The notes: a model not told the origin generated them from the letters alone. DNA of 64,000 nucleotides from Octopus sinensis (GCF_006345805.1 NC_043011.1:35228464-35292463); one strand, 5' to 3'; counted from the stretch's first letter, positions 12,482 to 25,686 are shown. Numbers and translations: made by a program.

Positions 12482-13035
12482 GCCCTGATGCAGTACCAGG
12501 CAGTGGCTCTCATGGCTTCTGATCTTAACTGATTGGAAATGTTATCATGTACATTGTTTTGTCTTGGTATAAAAGATGGGCTACAGCAAATATTCTGCTC
12601 AATACCACAGATTTGCTTGTCAGTTGTTTGACCTTAACCAGTTGAGCATGTCCCTTAGTGGCTGACGATATGTGCATCTCTGATCACGAGCAGAAGTAGA
12701 GGGGGAGCATCATAGCCATGTGTTGAGAGGGATTCTTTGGGGTTTGAATAATTCACCTCTGGAAACATGGGTGGTTCGTTCAACATCCTTAAACAACCCT
12801 TATTCAGGGACCGTTTGAGCTGGATGGGCTACTCAACCTGAAGAAAATTCTAATTGGACCCCACCTGCAAGGTCATGTGATGTTTATCTTGATATGAGAT
12901 CACCATGTCGCGCACATATGGTTGTGATGCATGTGCCTGGTGTAGCCTTATCAGACGGGTAGTCATGATGGGTATATTGGGCTTCGTATATTTTACCCCA
13001 GTGTCACTTTGATGGCATGAACTGCTCTCTCACTC
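12481..13035 (+). mobile_element. Non-coding ~550-bp element, copy 2, flanked by (AAT)n on both sides
   Basis: Direct repeat of copy 1 with ~27 extra 5' nt. Confidence 0.85.
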
Positions 13036-13039
13036 AATG

Positions 13040-13092
<53 letters not shown>

Positions 13093-13093
13093 C

Positions 13094-13150
<57 letters not shown>

Positions 13151-13164
13151 GCAACAACAATAAT

Positions 13165-13709
13165 AAGCTGTGCCAACACTATGGAATAACAACAGAAAAA
13201 AGATTGTATAGGTACACACCAGAAAAGGTCACAGAAAGCGAGAAAGCAACCATCCTCTGGGATATGCCAATACAGACAGATAGAGAAATTAAGGCCAATA
13301 GGCCAGATATTGTTCTCTGAGATCATGAAGAAGAAAATGCTTTCTGAATGATGTATCAATACCAGCAGATGACAACGTTTTTCTGGAAGAAATGGAGAAA
13401 CTTTCAAAATACAAAGACCTGGAAATAGAGGTAACTCGAATGTGGAATCTAAAAGCAGAAACAATTCCTATCATAGTAGGCGCATTAGGTATGATAAAAA
13501 AATATCCAGACAAATAGATAACAAAAACACCAGGACTTACAAATATATATAACATACAGAAAATTGCACTACTGGGCACTGCACACATCCTACGCAAAAC
13601 ACTTTCAATACAGTAACCATAAGAGCATCACAATAAATTACAGCTCATACCCAAGGCACACAGAGCTGCGCTCGGTAGTGAAGTGAAAGCACGTTATAAT
13701 AAAGAACTA

Positions 13710-13712
<3 letters not shown>
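13165..13712 (+). pseudogene. 5'-truncated R4/Dong-like non-LTR retrotransposon, subfamily A (REL endonuclease)
   Basis: ILWDMPIQTDREIKANRPDIVL*...DVSIP...KLSKYKDLEIEVTRMW...KIALLGTAHILRKTLSIQ*; disrupted by stops and a frameshift; (AAT)n on both sides. Confidence 0.9.
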
Positions 13713-13765
<53 letters not shown>

Positions 13766-13788
13766 TGATGATGATGATGATGATGATA

Positions 13789-15244
13789 ATGCATTCAGAG
13801 ATGAAGGAAAGGATCAGGAGAGAATGTTATCGCAGAGTAAGAGCAATACTCAAGACAGAGCTGAATGCGAGAAACAGGATCGAAGCAATCAATGCATTAG
13901 CCACACCAGTCGTGACTTACAGTTTCAATATCGTTAACTGGTCAATTACTGAAATATGTAATCTTGACAGAAAAATACGAAAACTGTTGACAATGCATAG
14001 AATGCACCACCCTACGGCAAATACAGAACGACTTTATCTGCCAAGAAAAGAGGGCGGCCGTGGACTTTTACAACTGGCAATAGCAATGAAGAAAAACTCT
14101 GAGGACTGGATGTTAAAACTTGTCTCAAAACATGAAAACAAGAAAGCATCATACTCAGTAACAAAACAGGCAAAGGAATATTTAAGTGAATTCTGAATAC
14201 AACAAATTTGGGAATTAGAGATAGACATACAAGAAACAGCCACAGAAAAAGCTAAGCGCATGAAAACCCGTGCTAAATCTGCGGCCTTAGATATTCTGAA
14301 TGATAAATGGCAAGAAAAACCTCTCTGTGGCAAATACCCAAAGAGAGCGAATAATGCAGATTTTGACAAAGCCCTGACTCATCAATGGCTAATGACTTCT
14401 GGCTTAAAATCTGAAACAGAGGGGTTTATCATAGCAGCTCAAGATCAATGCCTACCAACAAGAAACTACCAGGCCAACATATTAAAGATCAGCAGCAGTC
14501 CAACGTGTGTATGCCAGCAACAAAATGAAACCATTGATCATGTGGTCTCCAAGTGCAGTCTTCTAGCGCCTACAGAGTATCTCAACAGGCACGATAGAGC
14601 TGCAAATATATTCACTGGGTAATCTGCAAAAACCTGGATTTGCCCCATGAAAAAAACTGGTGGGAACACAAACCACCCCCAGTGCTTGAAAATGACCACA
14701 TCTCACTCCTCTGGAACTTCACCATTCAAACTGACAGAAAGATAGATGCAAATAGGCCAGACATCATATTGAAAGACTTCAAACAAAGAACATGCCTCCT
14801 CATTGATATAACTGTCCCAATCGATATAAACGTATCTGTCAAGACCTACCAAAAACTGAGCAAATATAAAGATCTTGAAATAGAAATCTGCAAAATGTGG
14901 AACCTGAAGACTAAAACAATACCTGTTGTCATAGTTGCCCTGGGAATGATAGCAAATTGGGCTGATTGCTACCTAACTCAGATACCAGGAAACCCCAAAA
15001 TGGCAGAAATTCAAAAGATAGTGCTCATGGGAACTGCTCATATCCTATGCAAAATACTTTCTATGTAATCTCAAGGTTTAAAACAAACATGTTTTTTTTA
15101 GACATCCACCAGTACAACACAAAAAACAACCAAATATATGGCACACTAGGCATATCAACAACGTGAACTTCCTACCTGTTGTCTCTTGAGGTCTCCGGGT
15201 GAGACTTGGAGCCAACTTGTACAAATATAAAGCAAAAGTCAAAC

Positions 15245-15247
<3 letters not shown>
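13789..15247 (+). pseudogene. 5'-truncated R4/Dong-like non-LTR retrotransposon, subfamily B (RT thumb, CCHC knuckle, REL endonuclease)
   Basis: RLYLPRKEGGRGLLQL; WLMTSGLKSETEGFIIAAQDQ; C-VC...ETIDHVVSKC...YLNRHD; NRPDIILKD...LIDITVP...KLSKYKDL; (AAT)n flanks. Confidence 0.92.
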
Positions 15248-15293
<46 letters not shown>

Positions 15294-16623
15294 TTCTGCA
15301 TTAAGTCAATAGGCACAAGGCTCGAAACTTTGTGGGACAGGCCAGTGGATTGCATCAATCACTTTTATCATTAGTAAGATACTATTTGTGACAGAAACTC
15401 CTATAAAATTTCTATGGAAGGTTTTTAACTTTGATCACTTTAAAACAAAAAAGTTTGAAGTTTGTATAATAAAACTAGGAATGGTTCCAGATATGCTGGC
15501 ACCAAAAGAGTTAAAAGATCTACTGATAGTATAGCTTGCACTTAAATATTTTGTATTGTATGATTACACTTAAAAATGTTGAAATTTTGATATATTGTTC
15601 TCGTAATAATATTGGTAGGTAGTTTTATACATTTAGCGGTGAAGATTGTAATAACCTTATGTAAATAATGCTATATTATGCTAACAATGGAAATGGTTAT
15701 TGAATTTTCAACAGATTCTGCAATTACTAACAGCTACGGCTGCTATAAATTCTATTGTAAGCTACTCTAGCTACGGTTCTTCAAGTAGATGTCACTGGAA
15801 CATTTAGTAAATTAAAACCTGATATAAAGTGATTTTCATACATAGGTTATAAACACTTCGCATATAACTATGTTAGATATACATTACCAAAACACATATG
15901 CACATCTATATATATATGTGTGTGTGTGTGTGTACATATATATATATGTATGTATGTATCTATATATATATGTAGTGTGTTTGTGTATGTATGCGTTCGT
16001 ATGTGTGCGCATGTATGTGTATTTGTGCTTGTGTATATATAAAAATACGCATATGTATATGTACACACACGCACACACGTATATATATATATATAAACAT
16101 CCGTGTGTATCTGTGTGTTTTTATGTAAACACACACTCACGCATAAACGCACAGTACTCACAAATGTACACATCCCTGCACACAGACTCACATACATAAT
16201 ACATACTTACATACATACATACATACATAAATATATACAAACATACATTTATATATAAATATACACACATATATATATATATATATATATACATATACAT
16301 ATCTACATATCTACATATCTACATATACATATATATATATACACACGTATTCAGACACACACATATACACAGACATGAGACATGCATGCACATATCACTG
16401 AACACGTTAACTTTATTTGATAACGGTATTTGAGGTCACAAGTTCGAATTACAGCTTCGTATAATGATCGATAAGGTCCAAAAGTTCGGATATTTGACAG
16501 TTCTAATGACTTTCTCTGCTTTCCTCCTCAAATGTGAACTTGTCGTGGATTTGTGAATTTCTGAATTTGTGAAGAATGTGTTATTGATTCATTTCATAAG
16601 CAAATAAATCTCTTTACTCACCT

Positions 16624-16816
16624 GCTGCCGTTTATATAGCGACACAAGCCGCCGTTTATATAGCGACACAAGCTGCCGTTTATATAAGCTGTGCATGGTA
16701 CGCAATGCATACTGCTGTTTATAAAACCTCAGCTTGTGAACGTGTGACGACGACAAAGACAAGCTGTCATTTCTAAAAGTAGTGTATTGTAAGGGCATAT
16801 GCTGCCGTTTATAAAA
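16624..16816 (-). repeat. 24-bp tandem array plus dispersed copies of TATAAACGGCAG
   Basis: Units at 16624, 16648 and 16672, further motifs at 16711 and 16801; same 12-mer as the Helitron 5' end at ~24370. Confidence 0.75.
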
Positions 16817-16934
16817 CCGGTATAGGGTTAGCAACAAGCAAAGCAAGCAAATTTCCTTCCTGAATCATATAGACCAGGGAAACCGAAGGGGTACTGAAAA
16901 CAAAGCGGAATTTTCACAATATTAATTTATTCAC

Positions 16935-17410
16935 TTAGTTTTATATGTTGTCACTTTTATTGCCTTCAAAATATTCTCCATTTGAAGCAATTCACCGGTC
17001 AAGACGCATTTTCCGCTAATCGAAGTAGTGCTAGAGGTCAACGTTCGGGAGGTCAGCGGTCGTCCTGAACGCGGTTGGTCTTCAAGAAACAAGTGACCGT
17101 TCATAAAGCGTGAAAACCACTCATAAACATGTGTTTTGCTCGTAGCAGCTTTCATGTAAGCTGTTTGAAACATGGCTACTGTTTTGGCCGCCGTTTTTCC
17201 CAGCGGAGAACAGAATTTCTCGGAAGCACTTTGTTCCATCGTTTCAGCCATTGCAAAAAATAAGTTTTTTCTCAAAAATGCTAAGAGTAAAAGATGTTTT
17301 ATATGACACGTTCTACCAGTGTCAGAAGTTTGAAAGTGTTTAGTTACAAAAAAATATTTCTTAAATCTGTAGGTCAAAAGGTAAACATCTCATTTATACA
17401 ACCAGTGCAT
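16935..17410 (-). mobile_element. Internally deleted mariner transposon
   Basis: N-terminal HTH EQSASEKFCSPLGKTAAKT...VYEWFSRF.NG...LEDQPRSGRP joined to C-terminal remnant IASNGEYFEGNK. Confidence 0.85.
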
Positions 17411-17519
17411 TTTTATAACTGGATGAATTGTAACGACATAGGGTGCCATTTAGCAACTGGTGCAGTTGTGATGACGGAGATTGTCATCTATGCAACTGGT
17501 GCTATCATAATTATTTCTA

Positions 17520-18075
17520 CGCTAGGCACAAGGCCTTCAAAATTTGGAGGCGGGGAGGGGGCTACTCGATTACCTCGATTTCAGTGCATAATTGGTAGTT
17601 ATTTCATCGACCCCGAAAGGATGAAAGGCAAAGTCGACCTCGGCGGAATTTGAACTCATAACGTAGCGGCAGACGAAATACCTATTTCCTTTACTACCTA
17701 CAAGGGGCTAAACACAGAAAGGACAAACAAGGACAGACAAATGGATTAAGTCGATTATATCGACCCCAGTGCGTAACTGGTACTTAATTTATCGACCCCG
17801 AATGGATGAAAGGCAAAGTCGACCTCGGCGAAATTTGAACTCAGAACGTAACGGCAGGCGAAATAACTATTTCTTTACTACACACAAGGGACTAAACACA
17901 GAGGGGACCAACAAGGACAGACAAACGGATTAAGTCCATTATATCGAACCCAGTGCGTAACTGGTATTTTTTTAATCGACCCCCAAAAGGATGAAAGGCA
18001 AAGTCAACCTCGGCGGAATTTGAACTCAGAACGTAGCATCAGACTAAATACCGCTAAGCATTTCACCCGACGAGC
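17520..18075 (-). mobile_element. SINE E trimer
   Basis: Three ~185-bp head-to-tail modules. Confidence 0.9.
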
Positions 18076-18089
18076 TATATTATATATAT

Positions 18090-18420
18090 GACGGGCTTGT
18101 TGGGAAATATTTCAAACATATTCTTCAGGTACAAACCACATATAACGAACCAGAATTTAAATTCTAAAAAGGATAGCTCTTTAATACTTTTTACTTTTTA
18201 CTTCCTATATTTTAGTCTTTGTGTATTCGATTTCCGTTTTTCGTTTTACGTTTTTCGTTTTCCGTTTTGTACCTTCTGCGTTTTCTATATGCTGCCTTCT
18301 CAGTTTTCTGCGTTTCTACTATTAGTCAATTGTTTATTTAGTTAGTTTATGATATGTAGTTTGTGCCTGAAGAATATATGTTTGAGATATTTCTTAACAT
18401 ATGAAACTATTAGTTGTACT
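18090..18420 (+). mobile_element. Penelope-like 3' remnant with hammerhead fold at 18363-18419
   Basis: FFRYKPHITNQNLNSKKDSSLILF resembles the PLE C-terminal KPxLN...LxLF; followed by GTGC-CTGAAGA-at-ATATGTT...AACATAT-GAAA-CTATTAG-TT-GTAC. Confidence 0.55.
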
Positions 18421-18510
18421 TAAATACATGTAATGTGTCCTTTAAATAAGATTTATCCCTCACCAGATAGAGTACGTTTTTTGCTAATTTTTTTTACCAC
18501 GAAAGCGTAC

Positions 18511-18552
<42 letters not shown>

Positions 18553-18594
18553 GCTTATGTACGTTATTGAATATGCACGTTATCGAATTGAATC

Positions 18595-18642
<48 letters not shown>

Positions 18643-19409
18643 ATTATCTTAAATTTGGTTATACACCTGGTAGCATTGCGTTTATCGATGAGACGATTAG
18701 TCGAAACGATCGTAGTTGTTTATAAATAGTCTCGTGTATTTCATTTTCTTTTTCTTTCTCTCATGTTATTTATTCTTACACGCACACATACACATACACA
18801 CACACACACGCATGCACATACATATACATGTGGGTGTGTATATATACAGGCACAACATATACATATAGACTCATATTCATACCTACACATATATCCTAAT
18901 ATACATATAAAGCTGTATGTGTGTGTGTGTGTGTGTGTGTGAGTGGTCTTTGCGAGTGTGTGTGATTGGATATGTGTGTATTTTTGTGTGTACAGATACA
19001 CATATACAATGAAGCAGTTACGTACAATTACATAAAATCGAAAAGGCACACACATACATACACACATACACATACACACAAACACAAAAACAACAACAAT
19101 AGCAACAGCAACTAAAACAACAACAAAAACAATAACGGCTAGAATAACGAATACACTCACAAATACATTCCTATTGTATATGCCTTAATTACTCACCATT
19201 TAAGGTAATTAATTAAATAATTACAAGGCGGCAACAAGCTGGCATTCATGACATCACTATAATTAATTAATTCAGCTGTTTCATCGAGATGCTCATGCCA
19301 CATTCCGAATCGAAGAACAACAACAAATAACAAACGAAAGGTAATCATATAATAAATATATAATTAATATACCTCAGATTCATTAATTATATATAAACTT
19401 TAAACATAT

Positions 19410-20230
<821 letters not shown>

Positions 20231-20980
20231 ATTGAGAGAGCGAGAAGGAGGGAGAGAAAGGTGTTATATGTTTTTGTGTGAGGTTTTTGAAAAAGTTGTT
20301 TTATTTTTTACTTATTGTATTCACAGATTTACGCATGTCTTGTGTTAAGAATAGATATTTGTAATTATTAACCAGAAACAAAAGATTGTTTAATTAAAGC
20401 ATTTTTACTGCATAATTCTACTATTCATTAAATGATAGAGAACGAGAGAAACGAGAGGGAGAGAAGGTGAGACTGAGAGAGAGAGAGATAGATAGATAGA
20501 GAGATAGATAGATAGAGAGAAAGAGAATGGGAAATAGACAAAAAAAGCTAAATAAAAGTAAAAAGACAACAGAGTTGCTAAGGATTAATTGTAATTATTC
20601 TTATCGTTCCTTGTTTGCTTTTGTTATATTCAAACATGTGAATGCATACTTGCCTCCACACACACACGGCCGCACACAGAAACACACACACGTGCGCGCG
20701 TATATATACATATACATACATATGTATATATATATATATCATACATATGTGTTTTTGCATACTTATTAATTTACGCACGTTTGTAAATACATATGCATAT
20801 CACATATATAATATATATATATATATATATCTATATATATATGTATGTATGTATGTATATATGTATTTGTATGTATACATATGTATATATATGTATATAT
20901 ATTATATGTATGTATGTATATGCATATTTGTATATGTATGTATGTATGAATGAATACACGTACATATATATTCGCATATA

Positions 20981-21011
<31 letters not shown>

Positions 21012-21285
21012 ATATATATATATATATATTATATATAAATATAAAGCGTATATATAAACTTTTAGAATTAAATGCAATTATGCCCATTCTAGTTCTTATT
21101 AAATTTAAAGATATGACAATATATGTGAATGTGCGTGTAAGATTATGTATGTATTTATATGTATACGTATATACATACTCGCTCATACGTATATTGTATA
21201 TGGGTATTTAGATACACAAATATATGATATATATACACATATCTATATGCACACATATACACGTATATGTACATTTACACATACA

Positions 21286-21320
<35 letters not shown>

Positions 21321-21347
21321 CACGCACACACGTATATATAAATGGAT

Positions 21348-21392
<45 letters not shown>

Positions 21393-21849
21393 ATTTCTTA
21401 TAATCAAATTGAGACGTAAATTAAAGAAAAAATATCTAGCCGGCAGATTTATTGATTCAATAAATATATATCTCGTTTGTTCATACTTCTATTGTTTTCA
21501 TTTTCTAAATTTTGTTGTTTTTTTTCCTGTCTAAGAATTTGCATTATAATTGTAAAGTTACTAAGGTGACGGTTTAATTCTACTATAGTACTTATTGTGT
21601 TCTGACGATGCTGCCATATTTCACTTCAAGCCATGGATTTGCTCATGAAAAGTTCGTCTCTTTCATGCAAGCCAATCAAAGGATATATATTTTTTATTAT
21701 GGAAGGCCAACAGTTACACATACATGTAAGTCTTCTCTCCCTATGCCAGCGATGTTGATCAAGAGAAAGACACTTTCAGTTAGCTATTAACGTCGTCGCG
21801 GGTGTTGACGTCAGAACGCAAAAGCTTAACGTAGCACAGTTTATGGATA

Positions 21850-22300
21850 GTCTCTGAATCTCTGGCTCAAAGTAATGAACCCAACGCTCATCTTGGGTTA
21901 GGAAATCTCCAAGGAATCCAGCTGCATCTTTCCTTAAATGGTGTCAGATTTTCACGTGATGTAATTAGCCTGGCGCACTTTTGATCAGGTATCAGAAGAC
22001 GAAGCTCCCATGAGCAGAAATCTTCATCATATAAAGTTCTTTGTGTAGAATATTCTGAACTGTCCCGCAGGTTATGCTAATAGAATTGGCTATTTGATTT
22101 ATAGTCAATCATCGGTCATCCATCCCCATCCGGTGAACACGATCTATGTTTTCCATGGTGGTGGCAATTGCAAGACGTCCAGACCTCGGGACATCTTGAC
22201 ATCTTCAAGACTCTCCCTTTCCCTCGTAAATTTAGCTGCACTGTTTTGCACTGTTGATGATACTGATGCGTCATCCTGTAATGTAGCAACTACTTCAGCA
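21850..22300 (-). pseudogene. Mariner transposase fragment
   Basis: SLEDV-PRSGR...ENIDRVHRM.MDDR*LTINQIA...GTVQNILHKEL...FLTQDERWVHYFEPE (first catalytic D motif). Confidence 0.88.
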
Positions 22301-22304
22301 AGAT

Positions 22305-22685
22305 TAAGCTGGCAGAATCGTTAACACGCCGGGCGAAATGCTTAGCGGTATTTTGTCTGCCGTTGCGTTCTGAGTTCAAATTCCGCCGAGGTCGACTTTG
22401 CCTTTCATCCTTTTGGAGTCGATTAAATAAGTACCAGTTACGCACTGGGGTCGATATAATCGACTTAATCCGTTTGTCTGTCCTTGTTCGCCCTCTCTGT
22501 GTTTAGTAGAGAAATAGGTATTTCGTCTGTCTTTACGTTCTGAGTTCAAATTCAGCCGAGGTCGACTTCGCCTTTTCTCCTTTCGGGGTCGATACATTAA
22601 GTACCAGTTTTGTACTGAGGTCGGATCTACTCGGCTGACCCCCTCCCCAAAAATTTCGGGCTTTGTGCCTGGAGTAAAAAAGAAT
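22305..22685 (+). mobile_element. SINE E dimer (sense orientation)
   Basis: GCTGGCAGAATCGTTAACAC head, two modules, tail TTGTGCCTGGAGTAAAAAAGAA. Confidence 0.88.
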
Positions 22686-22943
22686 GTGCTTGAGGACTAA
22701 AACCTTTTTTTGATAACATCACGATGCCAAGGTTTGTCCATTTTCTCGCTTATTTACATCTGAAGTCTTCTTTGAACAGCCGCAAATACAACGTAATTTG
22801 TTTTGTTTTTTTTAGAAGTTCGCGTAAACTAGTGTTGCAAATGTAGATGGCACAGAAACATCTGTAATTCAAATTAAAGATGGTGTTCAAGAATTTTCTT
22901 TGCCTTCTTTCCATTGGATATATATATATAGATATATATATTA

Positions 22944-22984
<41 letters not shown>

Positions 22985-22989
<5 letters not shown>

Positions 22990-23125
22990 GATGAGCTTCT
23001 TTCAAATCCACTCACAAAGATTTGGTTGGGCTGAGGTTATAGTAGAAGTCAGTCGACCAAAATGCCACGCAGTGGGACTGAAATCGGAACCATGTGATTG
23101 GGAAACAAGCTTCTTACAACACAGC
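22985..23125 (-). mobile_element. SINE A 5' half
   Basis: CCACTCACAAAG...GCAGTGGGACTGAA...CTTACAACACAGCCAC. Confidence 0.75.
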
Positions 23126-23283
23126 CACATCCTTATCTATTACATATATATACATAACGACAATATAAACTTCAAGTAATCAGGAAATCCTTAGCCGGAA
23201 GAGTATCTTGTGGTCTAGCCCTCGCTTGGATAATTACTACTTCTGAGGTTCCGCTAGCTATGAAAACTCCATTCTCTAAATTT

Positions 23284-23322
<39 letters not shown>

Positions 23323-23328
<6 letters not shown>

Positions 23329-23913
23329 ATAGTAATGCAATACGAGAGTATTGTTTTCCAGTAAAGAATAGCCCGTGAGGGTAAAATTATACATAAAAGT
23401 AAATAAATGGTACATTAGCGTTGTATTTATTACGTTCGCTATTTCCAGTAACTATCGGTACTTCGTTGTACCATTTATTTACTTTTATGTATAATTTTAC
23501 CCTCACGGGCTATTCTTTACTGGAAAGCAATACTCTCGTATTGCATTACTATTTTCATTGAAACTTCTTCACTGTTCTCGCTCTGTTAACGTTTTGGCGT
23601 TCAGACGAGTGTACTGGTATAGATGTGGCAAAATTTGAAATATTGTTGAGGTTTATGCAGCTGATGAGGATAAATCAATTATACGATTGGCATTCGTATT
23701 TTGAAAAATCCGAAACCGCTACTGCATTATCCGATATCTAGGTTTTTCCTTTTTCAGATGTTCTTCCTAGAGGTAAGACAATTTTTTTCATGTTTGTTGC
23801 GCACACGCATCTTTACTAGTACATACGCAGTGAAGCTATACATTAGCGTCGTATTTATTACGTTCGCTATTTCCAGTAAGTATCGGTACTTCGTTGTACC
23901 ATTTATTTACTTT

Positions 23914-23916
<3 letters not shown>
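23323..23916 (+). mobile_element. Hammerhead-containing 428-bp tandem unit preceded by an inverted copy (PLE pseudo-LTR-like architecture)
   Basis: 92-bp inverted arms 23323-23414 / 23467-23558 (1 mismatch); direct repeat starting at 23411 and 23839; HHR at 23655-23727. Confidence 0.75.
23655..23727 (+). ncRNA. Near-canonical type I hammerhead ribozyme
   Basis: ATGCAG-CTGATGA-GGAT...ATCC-GAAA-CCGC-TA-CTGCAT; 6-bp stem I, and stem III one change from the palindrome ACCGGT. Confidence 0.72.
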
Positions 23917-23964
<48 letters not shown>

Positions 23965-24361
23965 ATGCATATACATGCCTCGGTACATCTGGAGGCAGAA
24001 GGAGACGTGTGCCAGGTAAACACATAGATTACAAACAGAGTGGGAAAGACAGAAATTAAATAACATGCATATGTTTTTAGCGCTGACTTCTGATATATTG
24101 TGCAATAACATGTACATACAAATATACACACTCACAGATATAAACACATACACGCACATTACACATTCAAAGGCGGGCGTGCTTGCTTGCTTGCTGCGTG
24201 AGATTGTGCGCATGTCGAATCAGATGTATGAACGTTTTGCAGGAGTCCACATGTATAGAAAACATTTCAAAGCAGCAATATAAATAACAAGCACTCACAT
24301 ACACAAAGAAACGCCCATAGAGATATTGACAAAGACAGAGAAACAGATATAAACACACAGA

Positions 24362-24790
24362 TCTCTCTCTCTATAAACGGCAGTTTGTCTGTCTGTGTGT
24401 CTGTGTGTCTGTCAGGTTGTACCCTCACCCCGACGACGGCTTTCAACCGATTCTCATGAAACTTGACACACACATAGCCCAATGTCATAATTCAAAACTA
24501 ACGCAGCGAAAATTTTGAAAAGTTCCCCCAGTTCTGAAAAAAATCGATAAATTCGACATTGGCTCGAGAATATAAGCTTTTTATATGCAACACATTTTCT
24601 GTCTAGGGGACACAGCTCGACAGCTAGGGACAGCTAGGAACATCGTATACACAGAAGTATTCGAGTGAAGAGAAGACATTGCAACCTACACATGCGCCTT
24701 CGTTCCCTAGAGGGAAAGGACTAGATTGGGATTAGTCGTTGCCTACTAGGGGCTCTTACATACCCGGGCAACGCCGGGCTATGCTGCTAG
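24362..24790 (+). mobile_element. Full-length non-autonomous Helitron
   Basis: A|TC start, subterminal (CTGT)n, 3' hairpin CCCGG GCAACG CCGGG, CTAG|T end, no TSD. Confidence 0.8.
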
Positions 24791-24961
24791 TTGCCTTATA
24801 AATTTAAGTAATTTATTTATAAAGGTTGACATAAACATCAGTATATGTACATTCATCCGCCCTCACTATATATGCACATACGGGTATGATAAGCCATAAA
24901 GCCAAGCCTTTTATGGACGTGCAACGTCAGGTAATTCCAGAAATCGGCCTTAGCTAACTTT

Positions 24962-25203
24962 AATATATACCTATTTCTTTACTACCCACAAGGGGCTAAA
25001 CACAGAGAGGACAAACATGGACAGACAAACGGATTAAGTCGATTATATCGACCCCAGTGCGTAACTGGTACTTATTTAATCGACACCGAAAGGATGAAAG
25101 GCAAAGTCGACCTCGGCGGAATTTGAACTCAGAACGTAGCGGCAGACGAAATACGGCTACGCATTTCGTCCGGCGTGCTAACGTTTCTGCCAGCTCGCCG
25201 CTT
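24962..25203 (-). mobile_element. SINE E monomer
   Basis: Complete from head GGCGAGCTGGCAG to tail. Confidence 0.9.
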
Positions 25204-25289
25204 AACTTTAATATATACCGCTCTATAACTTAGTGTGTACTTCTTTTTTCGGATTCATGCTTAAGGCCAATACATATAATTATTTTGAT

Positions 25290-25645
25290 CTTTTATTTGT
25301 TTCAGGCATTTGGCTGCGGCCATGCTGGAGCACCACTTTCAGTCGAATACATCAACACTAAGACTTATTATTCGTAAGCCTAATACTTAACCTATCAGTC
25401 TCTTTTGCCGAACCGCTAAGTTACAGGGGGAGTAACACACCAACATCGGTTGTCAAGCGATGGTGGGGAGGACAAACATAAACTTAGACAGGCTTGTTTA
25501 AGTTTCCGTCTACCAAATCCACTCACAAGGCTTTGGCCGGCCCGAAGCTATAGTAGAAGACACTTGCCCAAGGTGCCACGCTGTGTGACTGAACACGGAG
25601 GCATGAGGTTGAGAAGCAAGCTTCTTACCACACAGCCACTCCAGC
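25290..25645 (-). mobile_element. SINE A lacking the central microsatellite
   Basis: Head and tail halves join directly at ~25485. Confidence 0.8.
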
Positions 25646-25686
25646 ACTCTATAATCGTACACACACACACACACACACATGTGGAA

